Shown: positions 33,430-51,123 of the stretch, piece after piece | Position numbering within the stretch: the stretch's first letter is position 1 | Layout of the letters: every line of letters begins with the position of its first letter | Source: an uncultured Klebsiella sp. | Lineage (GTDB): Bacteria; Verrucomicrobiota; Verrucomicrobiia; Limisphaerales; SXTU01 | Length of the DNA stretch: 64,000 bases | Direction of reading: 5' to 3' | Assembly: GCA_964496695.1 (NCBI GenBank) | Contig: CAZCBE010000002.1 | Span: forward strand, 61,861-125,860 | The notes under the pieces: generated by a model | Databases searched by the model: none | What the model saw: the letters and a program-made list of their open reading frames with translations, nothing else | Told to the model about the DNA's origin: nothing | Made by a program: the position numbers and the translations under genes

Positions 33430-33585
33430 CTGAACCCAAGGCCATGCCATCGGAAACTGCGGAGCCCCGGGATTTTTCTGACCCCATGTTTCTGACTTCC
33501 GTGCTTATGAGGCATGCCTCCGCACTACGGAGGTTTGGATCGCCAAGGAACTGCGTCGCATGAATAAAAAAGTCCAGAAAAAATG

Positions 33586-33613
33586 TTGACTCTTTTCCGC
33601 TGCGGCATAGTTT
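33586..33613 (+). promoter_or_regulatory. sigma70-like promoter (TTGACT-N16-TAGTTT) with an A-rich upstream tract
   Basis: TTGACT at 33586-33591 and TAGTTT at 33608-33613, preceded by GAATAAAAAAGTCCAGAAAAAATG. It is the only good promoter match I can see upstream of tRNA-Thr/tuf. Confidence 0.45.
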
Positions 33614-33654
33614 GTGCGCCCGGTTCACAACAACCGTCAGCAAGCTTGAAAGCA

Positions 33655-33704
33655 CATCGGCCCGGTTGCAGCAGCAGGGCAAACAGGGCCGATGGGTTTT
33701 TTTT
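33655..33704 (+). terminator. intrinsic-terminator-like hairpin plus T8
   Basis: CATCGGCCC (33655-33663) pairs with GGGCCGATG (33686-33694) around a 22-nt loop, followed by GG and TTTTTTTT (33697-33704). Confidence 0.55.
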
Positions 33705-33747
33705 CCCCTGACGGGGAGATTTGGATCGGACGGGTGAAAGTAATTTC

Positions 33748-33823
<76 letters not shown>

Positions 33824-33889
33824 GATTTTAGGCCGGTCGGCAACGGTCGGACATAGCAGCAGAGTCAACCACTAACTAGAACATCGCAA

Positions 33890-35089
33890 ATGGCAAAAGA
33901 AGCCTTCAAACGGACGAAACCCCACGTGAACGTCGGCACCATCGGCCACGTTGACCACGGCAAATCCACCCTCACGGCCTGCATCGTGGCCGTGCAGAAC
34001 CGCAAGGGCCTGGCACCCGCAATTTCCTACGCCGACATCACCAAGGGCGGCACGGTGCGCGACGAGTCCAAGACCGTGACCATCGCGGCCTCGCACGTCG
34101 AATACGAGTCCGACCTGCGCCACTACGCGCACGTGGACTGCCCCGGCCACGCTGACTACGTCAAGAACATGATCACCGGCGCCGCCCAGATGGACGGCGC
34201 GATCCTGGTCGTGTCCGCCGCGGACGGCCCGATGCCGCAGACGCGCGAGCACATCCTCCTGGCCCGCCAGGTCGGCGTGCCCGCCATCGTCGTCTTCCTG
34301 AACAAGGTGGACCTCGTGGACGACGCGGAACTGCTCGACCTCGTCGAGATGGAAATCCGCGACCTCCTGACGAAGTATCAGTTCCCCGGTGACAAGACCC
34401 CGATCATCCGGGGCAGTGCCACCGCCGCCATGGCCGGCAAGCCGGAAGGCGAGAAGGCCGTGCAGGACCTGCTCACCGCGATTGACACGTTCATCCCGGA
34501 GCCCGTGCGCGAGATCGACAAGCCGTTCCTCATGTGCATCGAGGACGTGTTCAACATCGAAGGTCGCGGCACCGTCGTGACCGGTCGTGTGGAGCGCGGC
34601 ATCCTCAAGAAGATGGACGAAGTCGAAATCGTCGGCATCAAGGACACGCGCAAGACCACGGCGACGGACATCGAAATGTTCCGCAAGCTCCTCGACGAAG
34701 CCCGCTCGGGTGAAAACGTCGGTGTGCTGCTCCGCGGCACGAAGAAGGAAGAAGTCGAGCGCGGCATGGTGCTGGCCAAGCCGGGCAGCATCAAGCCCTA
34801 CACGAAGTTCAAGGCCGAGGTTTACGTCCTCACCAAGGACGAGGGTGGCCGCCACACGCCGTTCTTCAACAAGTATCGTCCCCAGTTCTACTTCCGCACC
34901 TCGGACGTGACCGGCAATGTCACGCTCCCGGCCGGAGTGGAAATGGTGATGCCCGGCGACAACGTCTCCGTGGACATCGAACTCATCGTCGGTGTCGCCA
35001 TGGAAAAGGGCCAGCGCTTCGCGATCCGCGAAGGTGGCCGCACCATCGGCGCCGGCCGCGTGAGCGACATCATCGCGACCGTCGCTTAA
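33890..35089 (+). CDS. tuf: elongation factor Tu
   Basis: 399 aa. [30 protein letters not shown]..., [34 protein letters not shown]. Confidence 0.98.
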   Translation: MAKEAFKRTKPHVNVGTIGHVDHGKSTLTACIVAVQNRKGLAPAISYADITKGGTVRDESKTVTIAASHVEYESDLRHYAHVDCPGHADYVKNMITGAAQMDGAILVVSAADGPMPQTREHILLARQVGVPAIVVFLNKVDLVDDAELLDLVEMEIRDLLTKYQFPGDKTPIIRGSATAAMAGKPEGEKAVQDLLTAIDTFIPEPVREIDKPFLMCIEDVFNIEGRGTVVTGRVERGILKKMDEVEIVGIKDTRKTTATDIEMFRKLLDEARSGENVGVLLRGTKKEEVERGMVLAKPGSIKPYTKFKAEVYVLTKDEGGRHTPFFNKYRPQFYFRTSDVTGNVTLPAGVEMVMPGDNVSVDIELIVGVAMEKGQRFAIREGGRTIGAGRVSDIIATVA

Positions 35090-35103
35090 TCAAAACAATC
35101 ATT

Positions 35104-35138
35104 GGGGAGGGCGGGGTGAAAGCCCCGTCTCCCTTTTT
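35104..35138 (+). terminator. intrinsic terminator after tuf
   Basis: GGGGAGGGCGGGG tgaaag CCCCGTCTCCC hairpin (one bulge) followed by TTTTT at 35134-35138. Confidence 0.65.
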
Positions 35139-35172
35139 CGTCCCGATAACAGAAAATCATCCGAATGGCACT

Positions 35173-35248
35173 AGGGCGTTAGCTCAATTGGTAGAGTAGC
35201 GGTCTCCAAAACCGTTGGTTGGGGGTTCGAGTCCCTCACGCCCTGCCA
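35173..35248 (+). tRNA. tRNA-Trp (anticodon CCA)
   Basis: AGGGCGT...ACGCCCT acceptor stem, anticodon loop CTCCAAA, encoded CCA. Near-identical layout to E. coli tRNA-Trp. Canonical position before secE. Confidence 0.93.
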
Positions 35249-35257
35249 GCCGGTGCT

Positions 35258-35347
35258 GGAGGGGTGGCAGAGTGGTCTATCGCGGCGGTCTTGAAAACCG
35301 CTTCGGGTGAAAGCCCGACGGGGGTTCGAATCCCTCCCCCTCCGCCA
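35258..35347 (+). tRNA. tRNA-Ser (anticodon UGA), class II with long variable arm
   Basis: GGAGGGG...CCCCTCC acceptor stem, anticodon stem-loop GCGGT-CTTGAAA-ACCGC, variable arm TTCGGGTGAAAGCCCGAC, encoded CCA. One A.C mismatch in the D stem. Confidence 0.85.
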
Positions 35348-35376
35348 AGCCGGATGATGCAGCAGAATTAAAAGTC

Positions 35377-35634
35377 GTGAGCACGTTTCAAATGGTCTTG
35401 CTGGGCGTGGCGGTCGCCGTGTTTGCCTGGGCATGGCAAAAGGGGCACCTGCTGCGCCTCGGCAATTACGTGGACGAGACGAAAGTCGAGCTGCGCAAAT
35501 GCACCTGGCCGACGCGGGAAGAGCTGAAGGGCTCGACCGTGGTGGTCATCATCAGCACCGGCATCGTGGCCGCGTTCACGGTCAGCGTGGATTTTCTCAT
35601 CAGCCGGCTCGTCATCCTGCTGAACAACTTCTAA
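35377..35634 (+). CDS. secE: preprotein translocase subunit SecE
   Basis: 85 aa with a GTG start. ...VDETKVELRKCTWPTREELKGSTVVVIISTGIVAAF... (K-x-x-W-P-x-R-x-E plus a TM helix). Sits between tRNA-Trp and nusG. Confidence 0.85.
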   Translation: MSTFQMVLLGVAVAVFAWAWQKGHLLRLGNYVDETKVELRKCTWPTREELKGSTVVVIISTGIVAAFTVSVDFLISRLVILLNNF

Positions 35635-35647
35635 CCGAAAGCACGCC

Positions 35648-36196
35648 ATGCAAAGCCAGTGGTTCGCCATTCATACGCTGTCCGGCCAGGAGCTGAAGGT
35701 TCGCGACAACATCGAGAAACGCATCAAGACCGAGGAGATGCAGGACTACATCAAGGAAGTGATGGTTCCGATGGAGAAGGTCGTCGAGGTGCGCAACCAG
35801 AAGAAGACGGTCACGACGCGCAAGCTGCATCCGGGCTACGTTTACATTGACATGGTGCTGCTGGACGAGAACCGCCGCCTGCTGGACCGCCCGTGGTATT
35901 TCATCCGCGAGACGACCGGCATCATCGGCTTCGTCGGCGGCGAGCGTCCCGTCTCCGTGAGCCGCGAGGAGATTGACGTGATCAAGGAGCAGATCAGCGA
36001 GTCCGAGGACACGGAGAAGCCCAAGGTCAACTTCGAGGTGGGCGAGACCATCAAGATCAACGACGGCCCGTTCCTGAACTTCAGCGGCGTGATCGAGGAG
36101 ATTGATCCCGCCCGCGGCAAGCTCAAGGTGACGGTCAACATTTTCGGACGGAACACCCCCGTCGAACTCGAATACTGGCAGGTCGAAAAGGCCTAG
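35648..36196 (+). CDS. nusG: transcription termination/antitermination factor NusG
   Basis: 182 aa. WFAIHTLSGQELKV..., C-terminal KOW block GETIKINDGPFLNFSGVIEEID...KLKVTVNIFGRNTPVEL. Confidence 0.95.
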   Translation: MQSQWFAIHTLSGQELKVRDNIEKRIKTEEMQDYIKEVMVPMEKVVEVRNQKKTVTTRKLHPGYVYIDMVLLDENRRLLDRPWYFIRETTGIIGFVGGERPVSVSREEIDVIKEQISESEDTEKPKVNFEVGETIKINDGPFLNFSGVIEEIDPARGKLKVTVNIFGRNTPVELEYWQVEKA

Positions 36197-36242
36197 CCCG
36201 CGTGCTTCCCAGCGACATTAAAGACAGCATTTTCATCCCCTT

Positions 36243-36668
36243 ATGGCAAAGAAAGTAACCGGATCCATCAAGCTCGCCATTGCCGCCGGCCAGGCGAACC
36301 CCGCCCCGCCCGTCGGCCCCGCGCTCGGCCAGCACGGCGTGAACATCATGGCGTTCTGCAAGGAATTCAACGCGGCCACGAAGGAGCAGGCCGGCCTCGT
36401 GATTCCCGTCATCATCACCGTCTATCAGGACAAGTCCTTCACCTGCGTTTACAAGTCGCCGCCCGCGTCCATCCTGCTCAAGAAGGCCGCCGGGGTCGCC
36501 TCCGGCTCCAAGACGCCGAACAAGGACAAAGTCGGCAAGGTCACGCGCAAGCAGATCCTTGAGATCGTCAAGATGAAGCAGAAGGACCTGAACGTGAACA
36601 GCGAGGACGCCGCCGTGCGCCTCATCTCCGGCACCGCCCGGAGCATGGGAATTGAAGTTGTCGGTTAA
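36243..36668 (+). CDS. rplK: 50S ribosomal protein L11
   Basis: 141 aa. [35 protein letters not shown]. Confidence 0.97.
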   Translation: MAKKVTGSIKLAIAAGQANPAPPVGPALGQHGVNIMAFCKEFNAATKEQAGLVIPVIITVYQDKSFTCVYKSPPASILLKKAAGVASGSKTPNKDKVGKVTRKQILEIVKMKQKDLNVNSEDAAVRLISGTARSMGIEVVG

Positions 36669-36718
36669 CTCAAACCGCGGGAGGGCGCTCTGCGTCCGCA
36701 TGCACCGCACCAAACCAA

Positions 36719-37417
36719 ATGCCCAGCAAACGCTATAATAAAAACGCGAAGTTGGTGGAGGCCCGCAAGCCCCACAGCTTGAAGGACGCCGTCCAGCTCC
36801 TCGCGAAGTTCGAAAAGGCCAAGTTCAACGAGACCGTTGACCTCGCTTTCCGCCTCGGGGTGGACCCGAAGCAGAGCGACCAGATGGTCCGCGGCACCGT
36901 TCCGCTGCCTCACGGCTCCGGCAAGGTGGTCCGCGTGCTCGTCTTCGCCAAGCCCGGTCCGACCGCGGAAGCGGCCCGCCAGGCCGGTGCGGAGTTCGTC
37001 GGCTTCGACGACATGATCAAGAAGTGCACCGAAGGCTGGGTGGATTTCGATGTCGCGGTCGCCACGCCCGAGGCGATGGTGGAAGTCCGCAAGCTCGGCA
37101 AGGTGCTCGGACCGCGCGGTCTGATGCCCAATCCGAAGACCGGCACCGTGACCGATGACACCGCCAAGGCGGTCAGGGAAGTCAAGGCCGGCCGCGTCGA
37201 GTTCAAGGTGGACAAGGCGGGCAACATCCATGTGCCCGTCGGCAAGGCCTCCTTCAAGCCGGAGCAGCTCGAGGAAAACGCCCGTTCCGTCATCGAGGCG
37301 GTCGCGAAGGCCCGTCCGGCCAGCGTGAAGGGTGTCTTCATGCAGAGCTGCACCATCTCGGCCACCATGAGTCCGGGCGTCCGCGTGGACACCCGGGAGT
37401 TCATCGCCGCCACTTAA
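36719..37417 (+). CDS. rplA: 50S ribosomal protein L1
   Basis: 232 aa. ...FNETVDLAFRLGVDPKQSDQMVRGTVPLPHGSGK..., LGPRGLMPNPKTGTV. Confidence 0.97.
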   Translation: MPSKRYNKNAKLVEARKPHSLKDAVQLLAKFEKAKFNETVDLAFRLGVDPKQSDQMVRGTVPLPHGSGKVVRVLVFAKPGPTAEAARQAGAEFVGFDDMIKKCTEGWVDFDVAVATPEAMVEVRKLGKVLGPRGLMPNPKTGTVTDDTAKAVREVKAGRVEFKVDKAGNIHVPVGKASFKPEQLEENARSVIEAVAKARPASVKGVFMQSCTISATMSPGVRVDTREFIAAT

Positions 37418-37438
37418 TCTTTACCCCTCCAGAATCCC

Positions 37439-37951
37439 ATGCGTGCCGCCAAGAAATTCATCACCAGCGAATACGTCGCCCGGCTCAATGCCTCGCCGTT
37501 TTTCATCGTTGTGGACTACACGGGCCTGACCGTGACGCACTTCAACGAACTGCGCACCCGCCTCCGCAAGGGCGGAGCCGAGGCGCATGTCGTCAAGAAC
37601 AGCATCTTCCGCATTGCCGCCAAGGAAGCCGGCCTCGCCGATCTCTCGGGCGCGCTGACGGGCCAGATTGCCGTGGTCACCGGCCAGAAGGACGTCTCCG
37701 CCGCCGCGAAGACGTTGAAGAACTTCGCCGCCGAGTTCGAGAAGCCGAAGCTCAAGTTCGGCCATCTCGGCAACAAGCGCCTGGAAGGCGCGGACCTGCT
37801 CGCCCTCGCTGATCTGCCGTCGCTCGAAGTGTTGCGCGGCAAGCTGCTGGGCGTGCTGCAGGCCCCGGCTCAAAAGCTCGCGGCCATGATCAACACGCCT
37901 GGTTCGCAGCTCGCCCGGGTCATCAAGGCCAAGAGCGAAAAGCCGGCCTGA
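37439..37951 (+). CDS. rplJ: 50S ribosomal protein L10
   Basis: 170 aa. ...FFIVVDYTGLTVTHFNELRTRLRKGGAEAHVVKNS... Sits between rplA and rplL. Confidence 0.93.
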   Translation: MRAAKKFITSEYVARLNASPFFIVVDYTGLTVTHFNELRTRLRKGGAEAHVVKNSIFRIAAKEAGLADLSGALTGQIAVVTGQKDVSAAAKTLKNFAAEFEKPKLKFGHLGNKRLEGADLLALADLPSLEVLRGKLLGVLQAPAQKLAAMINTPGSQLARVIKAKSEKPA

Positions 37952-38128
37952 AGCATCGGCGACCGGGTTCCTTCAGCGGAATTCGGGCGCTGATATTGAA
38001 CAGATTTCCTTCCTGCCGGTCGCAGGAGGGGGAAACAAACAACGAAACAAACAGAGTGAATCGTCGGTCGGCGGCTGCCGGCTCAAATCCTCGGGGCTCC
38101 GGGGGCGACGAGACTAAAGAAAGGTAAC

Positions 38129-38512
38129 ATGGCTGATATCGCAAAGTTGGTTGATGAGTTGAGCGCGCTGACGGTTCTGGAAGCCGCCGACTTGGTGAAG
38201 CAGTTGGAAGGCAAGTGGGGCGTGACCGCCGCTGCTCCGGTGGCTGCTGCCGCCGCTGGTGGTGGGGCTGCTGCCGCTGCTCCGGCTGCTGTCGCGAAGG
38301 ATACCTTTGATGTCATCCTCAAGGAAATTGGCGCCAACAAGATTGGCGTCATCAAGGCCGTTCGTGAGGTCAAGGCCGGTCTGGGTCTCGCTGAGGCCAA
38401 GGCGCTGGTCGAAGGCGCTCCGAAGCCCGTGCTCGAAGGCGCGAACAAGGCGGACTCCGAAGCTGCCAAGAAGAAGCTCGAAGACGCCGGCGCGAAGGTT
38501 GAACTCAAGTAA
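38129..38512 (+). CDS. rplL: 50S ribosomal protein L7/L12
   Basis: 127 aa. Ala/Gly hinge, then [42 protein letters not shown]. Confidence 0.97.
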   Translation: MADIAKLVDELSALTVLEAADLVKQLEGKWGVTAAAPVAAAAAGGGAAAAAPAAVAKDTFDVILKEIGANKIGVIKAVREVKAGLGLAEAKALVEGAPKPVLEGANKADSEAAKKKLEDAGAKVELK

Positions 38513-38716
38513 GCATTGTCATTCAGGCGGGCGGCGGCCCCTGTGCCGTCGCCCGCTCTTCCTCCCGAGGGAGGCATGAATGACCGGACACCAGATTTGT
38601 TGCAGAAGTAGTTTTTGATTTTTTGTGGCGGACTTCCGAAGCAATTCGGAAGGCTGCCTATTTTCGTCCCGTAATGAAAATGCCCGGCAGGTGCCAGGCC
38701 AGCCCGAAAGAAACAA

Positions 38717-42625
<3,909 letters not shown>

Positions 42626-42655
42626 TCCTACGTAACCACCCAAGCACTAAACATT

Positions 42656-46795
<4,140 letters not shown>

Positions 46796-46828
46796 AACTG
46801 AAATGTTCCGGTCAACCCAAAAAACAGG

Positions 46829-46856
46829 TTGCCACGACTCCTGCATTTGCTAACAA
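46829..46856 (+). promoter_or_regulatory. possible str-operon promoter (TTGCCA-N16-TAACAA)
   Basis: Hexamers at 46829-46834 and 46851-46856, preceded by CCCAAAAAACAGG. A weak match by eye only. Confidence 0.3.
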
Positions 46857-46911
46857 TCCGCGCTCCTTTCACCCGAACCGGGAAAGGGCGCAAAACTGAA
46901 GGCTGAAAAGC

Positions 46912-47310
46912 ATGCCGACCATCAATCAACTCGTCCGTAAGGGCCGTAACAAGATTCGTTACAAGTCCAAATCCCCGGCGCTCGAAGGCGCGTCCTTCCG
47001 CCGCGGGGTGTGTGTGCAGGTCATGACCCGCACGCCTAAAAAGCCGAACTCCGCGCTCCGCAAGGTCGCGAAGGTCCGCCTCACCAACGGCTATGAGATC
47101 ATCGCCTACATCCCGGATGAAGGCCATAATCTCCAGGAGCACTCCATCGTGCTCGTGCGTGGCGGCCGCGTGAAAGATCTTCCCGGCGTGCGCTATCACA
47201 TCGTCCGCGGCACCTTCGACGCCGCCGGCGTCGAGAAGCGCCGGGTCAGCCGTTCCAAGTATGGCGTGAAACGCCCGAAGGCCGCCAAGGCCGGCGAAGC
47301 CAAGAAGTAA
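46912..47310 (+). CDS. rpsL: 30S ribosomal protein S12
   Basis: 132 aa. [12 protein letters not shown]..., [33 protein letters not shown]. Confidence 0.98.
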   Translation: MPTINQLVRKGRNKIRYKSKSPALEGASFRRGVCVQVMTRTPKKPNSALRKVAKVRLTNGYEIIAYIPDEGHNLQEHSIVLVRGGRVKDLPGVRYHIVRGTFDAAGVEKRRVSRSKYGVKRPKAAKAGEAKK

Positions 47311-47333
47311 ATTTCGTCTAACCACCGCCCTCC

Positions 47334-47807
47334 ATGTCCCGTCGCCGCCAAGCCAACAAACGCCAGATCATCGCCGATGGCCGCTTTAACAGCGTGCTCG
47401 TCGGACGCCTCGTCAACACCGTCATGCAGTGCGGCAAGAAGAGCGTCGCCCAGCGCATCGTTTACGGTGCCTTCGACTCCCTTGCCGAGAAGGTGCCTGA
47501 CGCCAGCCCGGTGGACGTCCTCCAGCGCGCCGTGGACAACGCCAAGCCGCGCCTTGAGGTCAAGCCCCGCCGCGTCGGTGGCGCCACCTACCAGGTGCCG
47601 CTCGAAGTGCCGGCCGACCGCCAGGCCTCGCTCGCCGTCCGCTGGATCGTGAGCTTCGCCGACGGCCGCAAGGGCATCCCCATGAGCCAGGCGCTCGCCG
47701 CCGAGATCATGGACGCCTATCAAGGGCAGGGGAACGCCATCCGCAAGCGCGACGAAGTCCACAAGACCGCGCAGGCGAACAAGGCCTTCGCGCACTTCCG
47801 CTGGTAG
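47334..47807 (+). CDS. rpsG: 30S ribosomal protein S7
   Basis: 157 aa. ...[19 protein letters not shown]..., [10 protein letters not shown]. Confidence 0.97.
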   Translation: MSRRRQANKRQIIADGRFNSVLVGRLVNTVMQCGKKSVAQRIVYGAFDSLAEKVPDASPVDVLQRAVDNAKPRLEVKPRRVGGATYQVPLEVPADRQASLAVRWIVSFADGRKGIPMSQALAAEIMDAYQGQGNAIRKRDEVHKTAQANKAFAHFRW

Positions 47808-47822
47808 TCGAAAACTTTTTTT

Positions 47823-47857
47823 GACGCCCCGCGGCGCACACCGTCCCGGGGCGTTTT
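47823..47857 (+). promoter_or_regulatory. intercistronic hairpin with short T-tract (possible attenuator) between rpsG and fusA
   Basis: GACGCCCCG (47823-47831) pairs with CGGGGCGT(T) (47847-47855) around a 15-nt loop, followed by TTTT. Function not established. Confidence 0.3.
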
Positions 47858-47883
47858 CGTTGATACCGCCAACTATTCCGCAC

Positions 47884-50106
47884 ATGAGCACCCTCGTTGA
47901 AAACAAGGCCGTCAATTCGCCGCACCGGCAATACACGCTGGAGCGCACGCGCAACATCGGCATCGCCGCGCACATTGACGCCGGCAAGACGACCACCACC
48001 GAGCGCATCCTGTTTTACACCGGCCTGATCCACAAGATCGGTGACGTGGATGACGGCAACACCGTGACGGACTGGATGGAGCAGGAACGCGAACGCGGCA
48101 TCACGATCACCTCCGCCGCCGTCACCTGCTTCTGGACGCAGAAGTGCGCGAAGGCGGGCGAGGACAAGGTTTACAAGGCCTTCAACAACATCCCGCACCG
48201 CATCAACATCATTGACACCCCCGGCCACGTGGACTTCACCGCCGAGGTGGAGCGCTCCATGCGCGTGCTGGACGGCGCGGTCGCCGTGTTCTGCGGCGTC
48301 GCCGGCGTGCAGCCGCAGTCCGAGACGGTCTGGCGGCAGGCGACCAAATACAAGGTCCCGCGCATCGCGTTTGTGAACAAGATGGACCGCATCGGCGCGA
48401 ACTTTGAGAACGCGCTGAACGACATGCGCACCAAGCTGCGCGCGTATGCGTTCCCGATCTTCCTGCCCCTCGGTGCCGGCCCGACCGAGGCCGAAGGCAA
48501 GACCGTTGTCGGCGGCTTTGAAGGCGTGATTGACGTGGTCAATCAGAAGGCCATCAACTGGGGCCCGACCGAGGCCAATGAAGGCCTGAACTACGACGTC
48601 ACGGACATTCCCGCCGAGCATCTGGAGCGCGCCCAGGCCGCGCTTGCCGAGTTGATTGACGCCGTCTCCAACAAGGACGACGAGATCGCCAACCTCGTGC
48701 TCGAAGAGAAGCCGATTGCCCCCGAGGTGCTCAAGGCCGCCATCCGCCGCCTCACCTGCAAGATCGAGATCATCCCCGTCCTCTGCGGCTCCGCCTTCAA
48801 GAAAAAGGGCGTGCAGGTCCTCGTGGATGCCGTCGTGGATTACCTCCCGTCGCCGCTGGACATTCCTCCCGCCCAAGGCCACGAGCCGGGCACGGACAAC
48901 CAGGTGGCCGTGCCGACGGACGACAACCAGAAGTTCTGCTCGCTCGCGTTCAAGCTCTGGACCGACCCCTACGCGGGCAAGCTGGTGTTCTTCCGCGTCT
49001 ATTCCGGCCACCTCAAGAAGGGTGACAACATTTACAACCCGCGCACGCGCCGTCGCGAGCGCGTCAGCCGCCTGATGGTCATTCAAGGCAGCGAGCGCAA
49101 GGACATCGACGAGGTCTATGCCGGTGACATCGCCGCGCTCGTCGGCCTGCGCAACATCACCACCGGTGACACGATCTGCAACGAGGACTTCGACGTGGCC
49201 CTGGAGCCGCCGACCTTCCCCGAGCCCGTCATCAGCATGGCCGTCGAGCCGAAGACCAAGCAGGACCGCGACAAGATGTCCGAGGGCCTGCAGCGCCTCG
49301 CCGAGGAAGACCCGACCTTCCACTGCTTCACCAACGAGGAGACCGGCCAGCGCATCATCGCGGGCATGGGCGAGCTCCACCTGGAAATCATCATTGACCG
49401 CCTCAAGCGCGAGTTCAAGGTCGAGGCCAACTCCGGCGCGCCGCAGATCGCCTACCGCGAGACCATCACGAAGGCCGCCGAGGGCGAGGGCAAGTTCATC
49501 CGCCAGTCCGGTGGTCGCGGTCAATACGGCCACGCCTGCATCACCCTGGAGCCCAATGAAAAGGGCAAGGGCGTCGAGATCGAGAACAAGATCGTCGGCG
49601 GCACCATCCCGAAGGAATACGTCCCGGCCGTCATCAACGGCATCGAGGAGGCCTGCCGCACCGGTGTGTATGCCGGCTACCAGGTCATTGACGTGAAGAT
49701 CGCCGTGACCGACGGCTCCTTCCACGAAGTGGACTCCAACGAGCTCGCCTTCAAGATGGCCGGCATCTTCGCGCTCAAGGACGCCTTCAAGTCCGCCGGC
49801 CCGATCATCCTCGAGCCCATCATGAAGGTCGAGGTCACCACGCCTGACGAGTATCAGGGCGACCTCCTGGGCGACATCAACCGCCGCCGCGGCATCATCC
49901 ACGCCGTGGAGGCCAAGAGCGGCCAGACCGTCCTGAACGCGCATGTGCCGCTGGCCGAGATGTTCGGCTACGCCACGGCCATCCGCTCCCTCTCGAAGGG
50001 CCGCGCGAGCTACAGCATGGAGCCGCACACCTTCGAGCAGGTGCCGCAGCAGATCGCGCAGCAGATCCTCGAGGTCTCGGCCAAGAAGCCCGCCGCGCGC
50101 ACGTAG
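47884..50106 (+). CDS. fusA: elongation factor G
   Basis: Start at ATG 47884 ([43 protein letters not shown]...). [24 protein letters not shown]. 740 aa. Confidence 0.97.
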   Translation: MSTLVENKAVNSPHRQYTLERTRNIGIAAHIDAGKTTTTERILFYTGLIHKIGDVDDGNTVTDWMEQERERGITITSAAVTCFWTQKCAKAGEDKVYKAFNNIPHRINIIDTPGHVDFTAEVERSMRVLDGAVAVFCGVAGVQPQSETVWRQATKYKVPRIAFVNKMDRIGANFENALNDMRTKLRAYAFPIFLPLGAGPTEAEGKTVVGGFEGVIDVVNQKAINWGPTEANEGLNYDVTDIPAEHLERAQAALAELIDAVSNKDDEIANLVLEEKPIAPEVLKAAIRRLTCKIEIIPVLCGSAFKKKGVQVLVDAVVDYLPSPLDIPPAQGHEPGTDNQVAVPTDDNQKFCSLAFKLWTDPYAGKLVFFRVYSGHLKKGDNIYNPRTRRRERVSRLMVIQGSERKDIDEVYAGDIAALVGLRNITTGDTICNEDFDVALEPPTFPEPVISMAVEPKTKQDRDKMSEGLQRLAEEDPTFHCFTNEETGQRIIAGMGELHLEIIIDRLKREFKVEANSGAPQIAYRETITKAAEGEGKFIRQSGGRGQYGHACITLEPNEKGKGVEIENKIVGGTIPKEYVPAVINGIEEACRTGVYAGYQVIDVKIAVTDGSFHEVDSNELAFKMAGIFALKDAFKSAGPIILEPIMKVEVTTPDEYQGDLLGDINRRRGIIHAVEAKSGQTVLNAHVPLAEMFGYATAIRSLSKGRASYSMEPHTFEQVPQQIAQQILEVSAKKPAART

Positions 50107-50125
50107 GCCATTCAGTCTTCACCAA

Positions 50126-50158
50126 GCCCGCCGGCCGCAAGGCCGGCGGGCTTTTTGT
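50126..50158 (+). terminator. intrinsic terminator of the str operon
   Basis: GCCCGCCGGCC gcaa GGCCGGCGGGC perfect stem followed by TTTTTGTT. Confidence 0.85.
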
Positions 50159-50574
50159 TGGGGTGGTCTTACGGCCGTGAGGTATGCGGCATGCAAACCC
50201 GCAGAGGGAATCATGGCGAAGGTAGGGCGTGGCTCGTCCCGTGCGCGTCCGCTTAGTTCAGCGGCGCGCTGTTGAGGTGCAGTGACCGGATTAACGAGAC
50301 GGGCGTGATGGCCACTGTCTCCGGCGGCGCGGAGCGTCTGGAGTGCGGCGTGTTCCACCGCCGCTTTTGGGCTGGGCGCACGATGAGGGCGGCGAGTTTG
50401 CCAACGCCCTGGCACGAGGAAAAGCGGTGCTGAAAGACACCGCACTACAGACGCTGGCGCGACTTCCACTCTCTCGGGTTCCCGCGAATGTTGTGGGATC
50501 ACCGGGTGCAAAAGATTGGGATGCATCCTATTCCGGCCACTTTCAATAAAGGATCTTGCACCCAGGCAACGGAT

Positions 50575-51003
50575 ATGGATCGGATCACCTGCATGAAGCA
50601 AAACAAAATAAGTTCCCGAGAAATATTCAAAGAAATTGGCACAGTCCGTTGGACCAATAACCATTCGTTTGAAGTCCGGACAAAGTTCACCGCGCGATTG
50701 TTTCTAAGTCCTAACACTGATCCGGATACAGGCCCGCCAACACAAGTCATTGTCGATGAGGTATTCGTTCCTAAGCGATTTAGAAGACGTGGTAACGCTA
50801 CCAAGGCAATGACTGCGCTTTGTCGCCTCGCGGATAAGTATCAATTCAGCCTAGAAGGCGGACCTGTTGGCGGGAATATCGGCGAATGGAGCAAAAAGTT
50901 TGCGGAGTGGGTGCTGAGCTTCGGCTTTGTTCGCAATAGGTCAACGGACGTGACCACCGACGACCCGGCAGCGTTCTATGTGGTGCGAAGGCCACGAAAG
51001 TAA
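50575..51003 (+). CDS. small GNAT-like acetyltransferase-fold protein (hypothetical)
   Basis: 142 aa from ATG 50575 (alternative start 50593). VIVDEVFVPKRFRRRGNATKAMTALCRLADKYQFSLEG resembles GNAT motif A (R-x-x-G-x-A). Lies in a lower-GC region. The upstream part of ORF 50488 is repeat-derived. Confidence 0.45.
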   Translation: MDRITCMKQNKISSREIFKEIGTVRWTNNHSFEVRTKFTARLFLSPNTDPDTGPPTQVIVDEVFVPKRFRRRGNATKAMTALCRLADKYQFSLEGGPVGGNIGEWSKKFAEWVLSFGFVRNRSTDVTTDDPAAFYVVRRPRK

Positions 51004-51086
51004 TGTCATTTCATTCATCTGTTCTACGCTTGCAAGGCGCAACATGCTTACTTGCTGTAGCTTTCAACCTAAATTTCCATCAATAC

Positions 51087-51115
51087 TTGAAGGTGGTTCG
51101 AGTCGGTGATGTAAT
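51087..51115 (+). promoter_or_regulatory. promoter TTGAAG-N17-TGTAAT ending 8 nt before the DpnI-like ATG
   Basis: Hexamers at 51087-51092 and 51110-51115. This predicts a leaderless or near-leaderless transcript for 51124. Confidence 0.4.
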
Positions 51116-51123
51116 CGCCAGAA

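Noticed and set aside
31470-33450. CRISPR array possibility for the dense repeats
   Set aside because: The repeats belong to several unrelated families, occur in both orientations, and have irregular spacing and no uniform repeat-spacer periodicity. No cas genes are present in the window.
33620-33704. SRP (4.5S) RNA or other known small RNA at the promoter-terminator unit
   Set aside because: GCAGCAGCAGGGCA superficially recalls the SRP domain IV AGCAGCC-AAGG motif. However, the GGAA tetraloop and the symmetric-loop context are absent and the length is too short. It is kept only as an unclassified sRNA/attenuator candidate.
47707-50028. 773-aa minus-strand ORF opposite fusA, with similar ones opposite the S10/spc genes (e.g. 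52531-53994, 54141-55208)
   Set aside because: Same high-GC antisense artefact. The plus-strand products are canonical EF-G and ribosomal proteins.
50119-50664. 181-aa minus-strand ORF and 68-aa plus ORF in the fusA-island junction
   Set aside because: They are built from recognisable intergenic repeat units (..AALQTLRA.., ..HPVIPQH.. style translations). No coding periodicity is evident.
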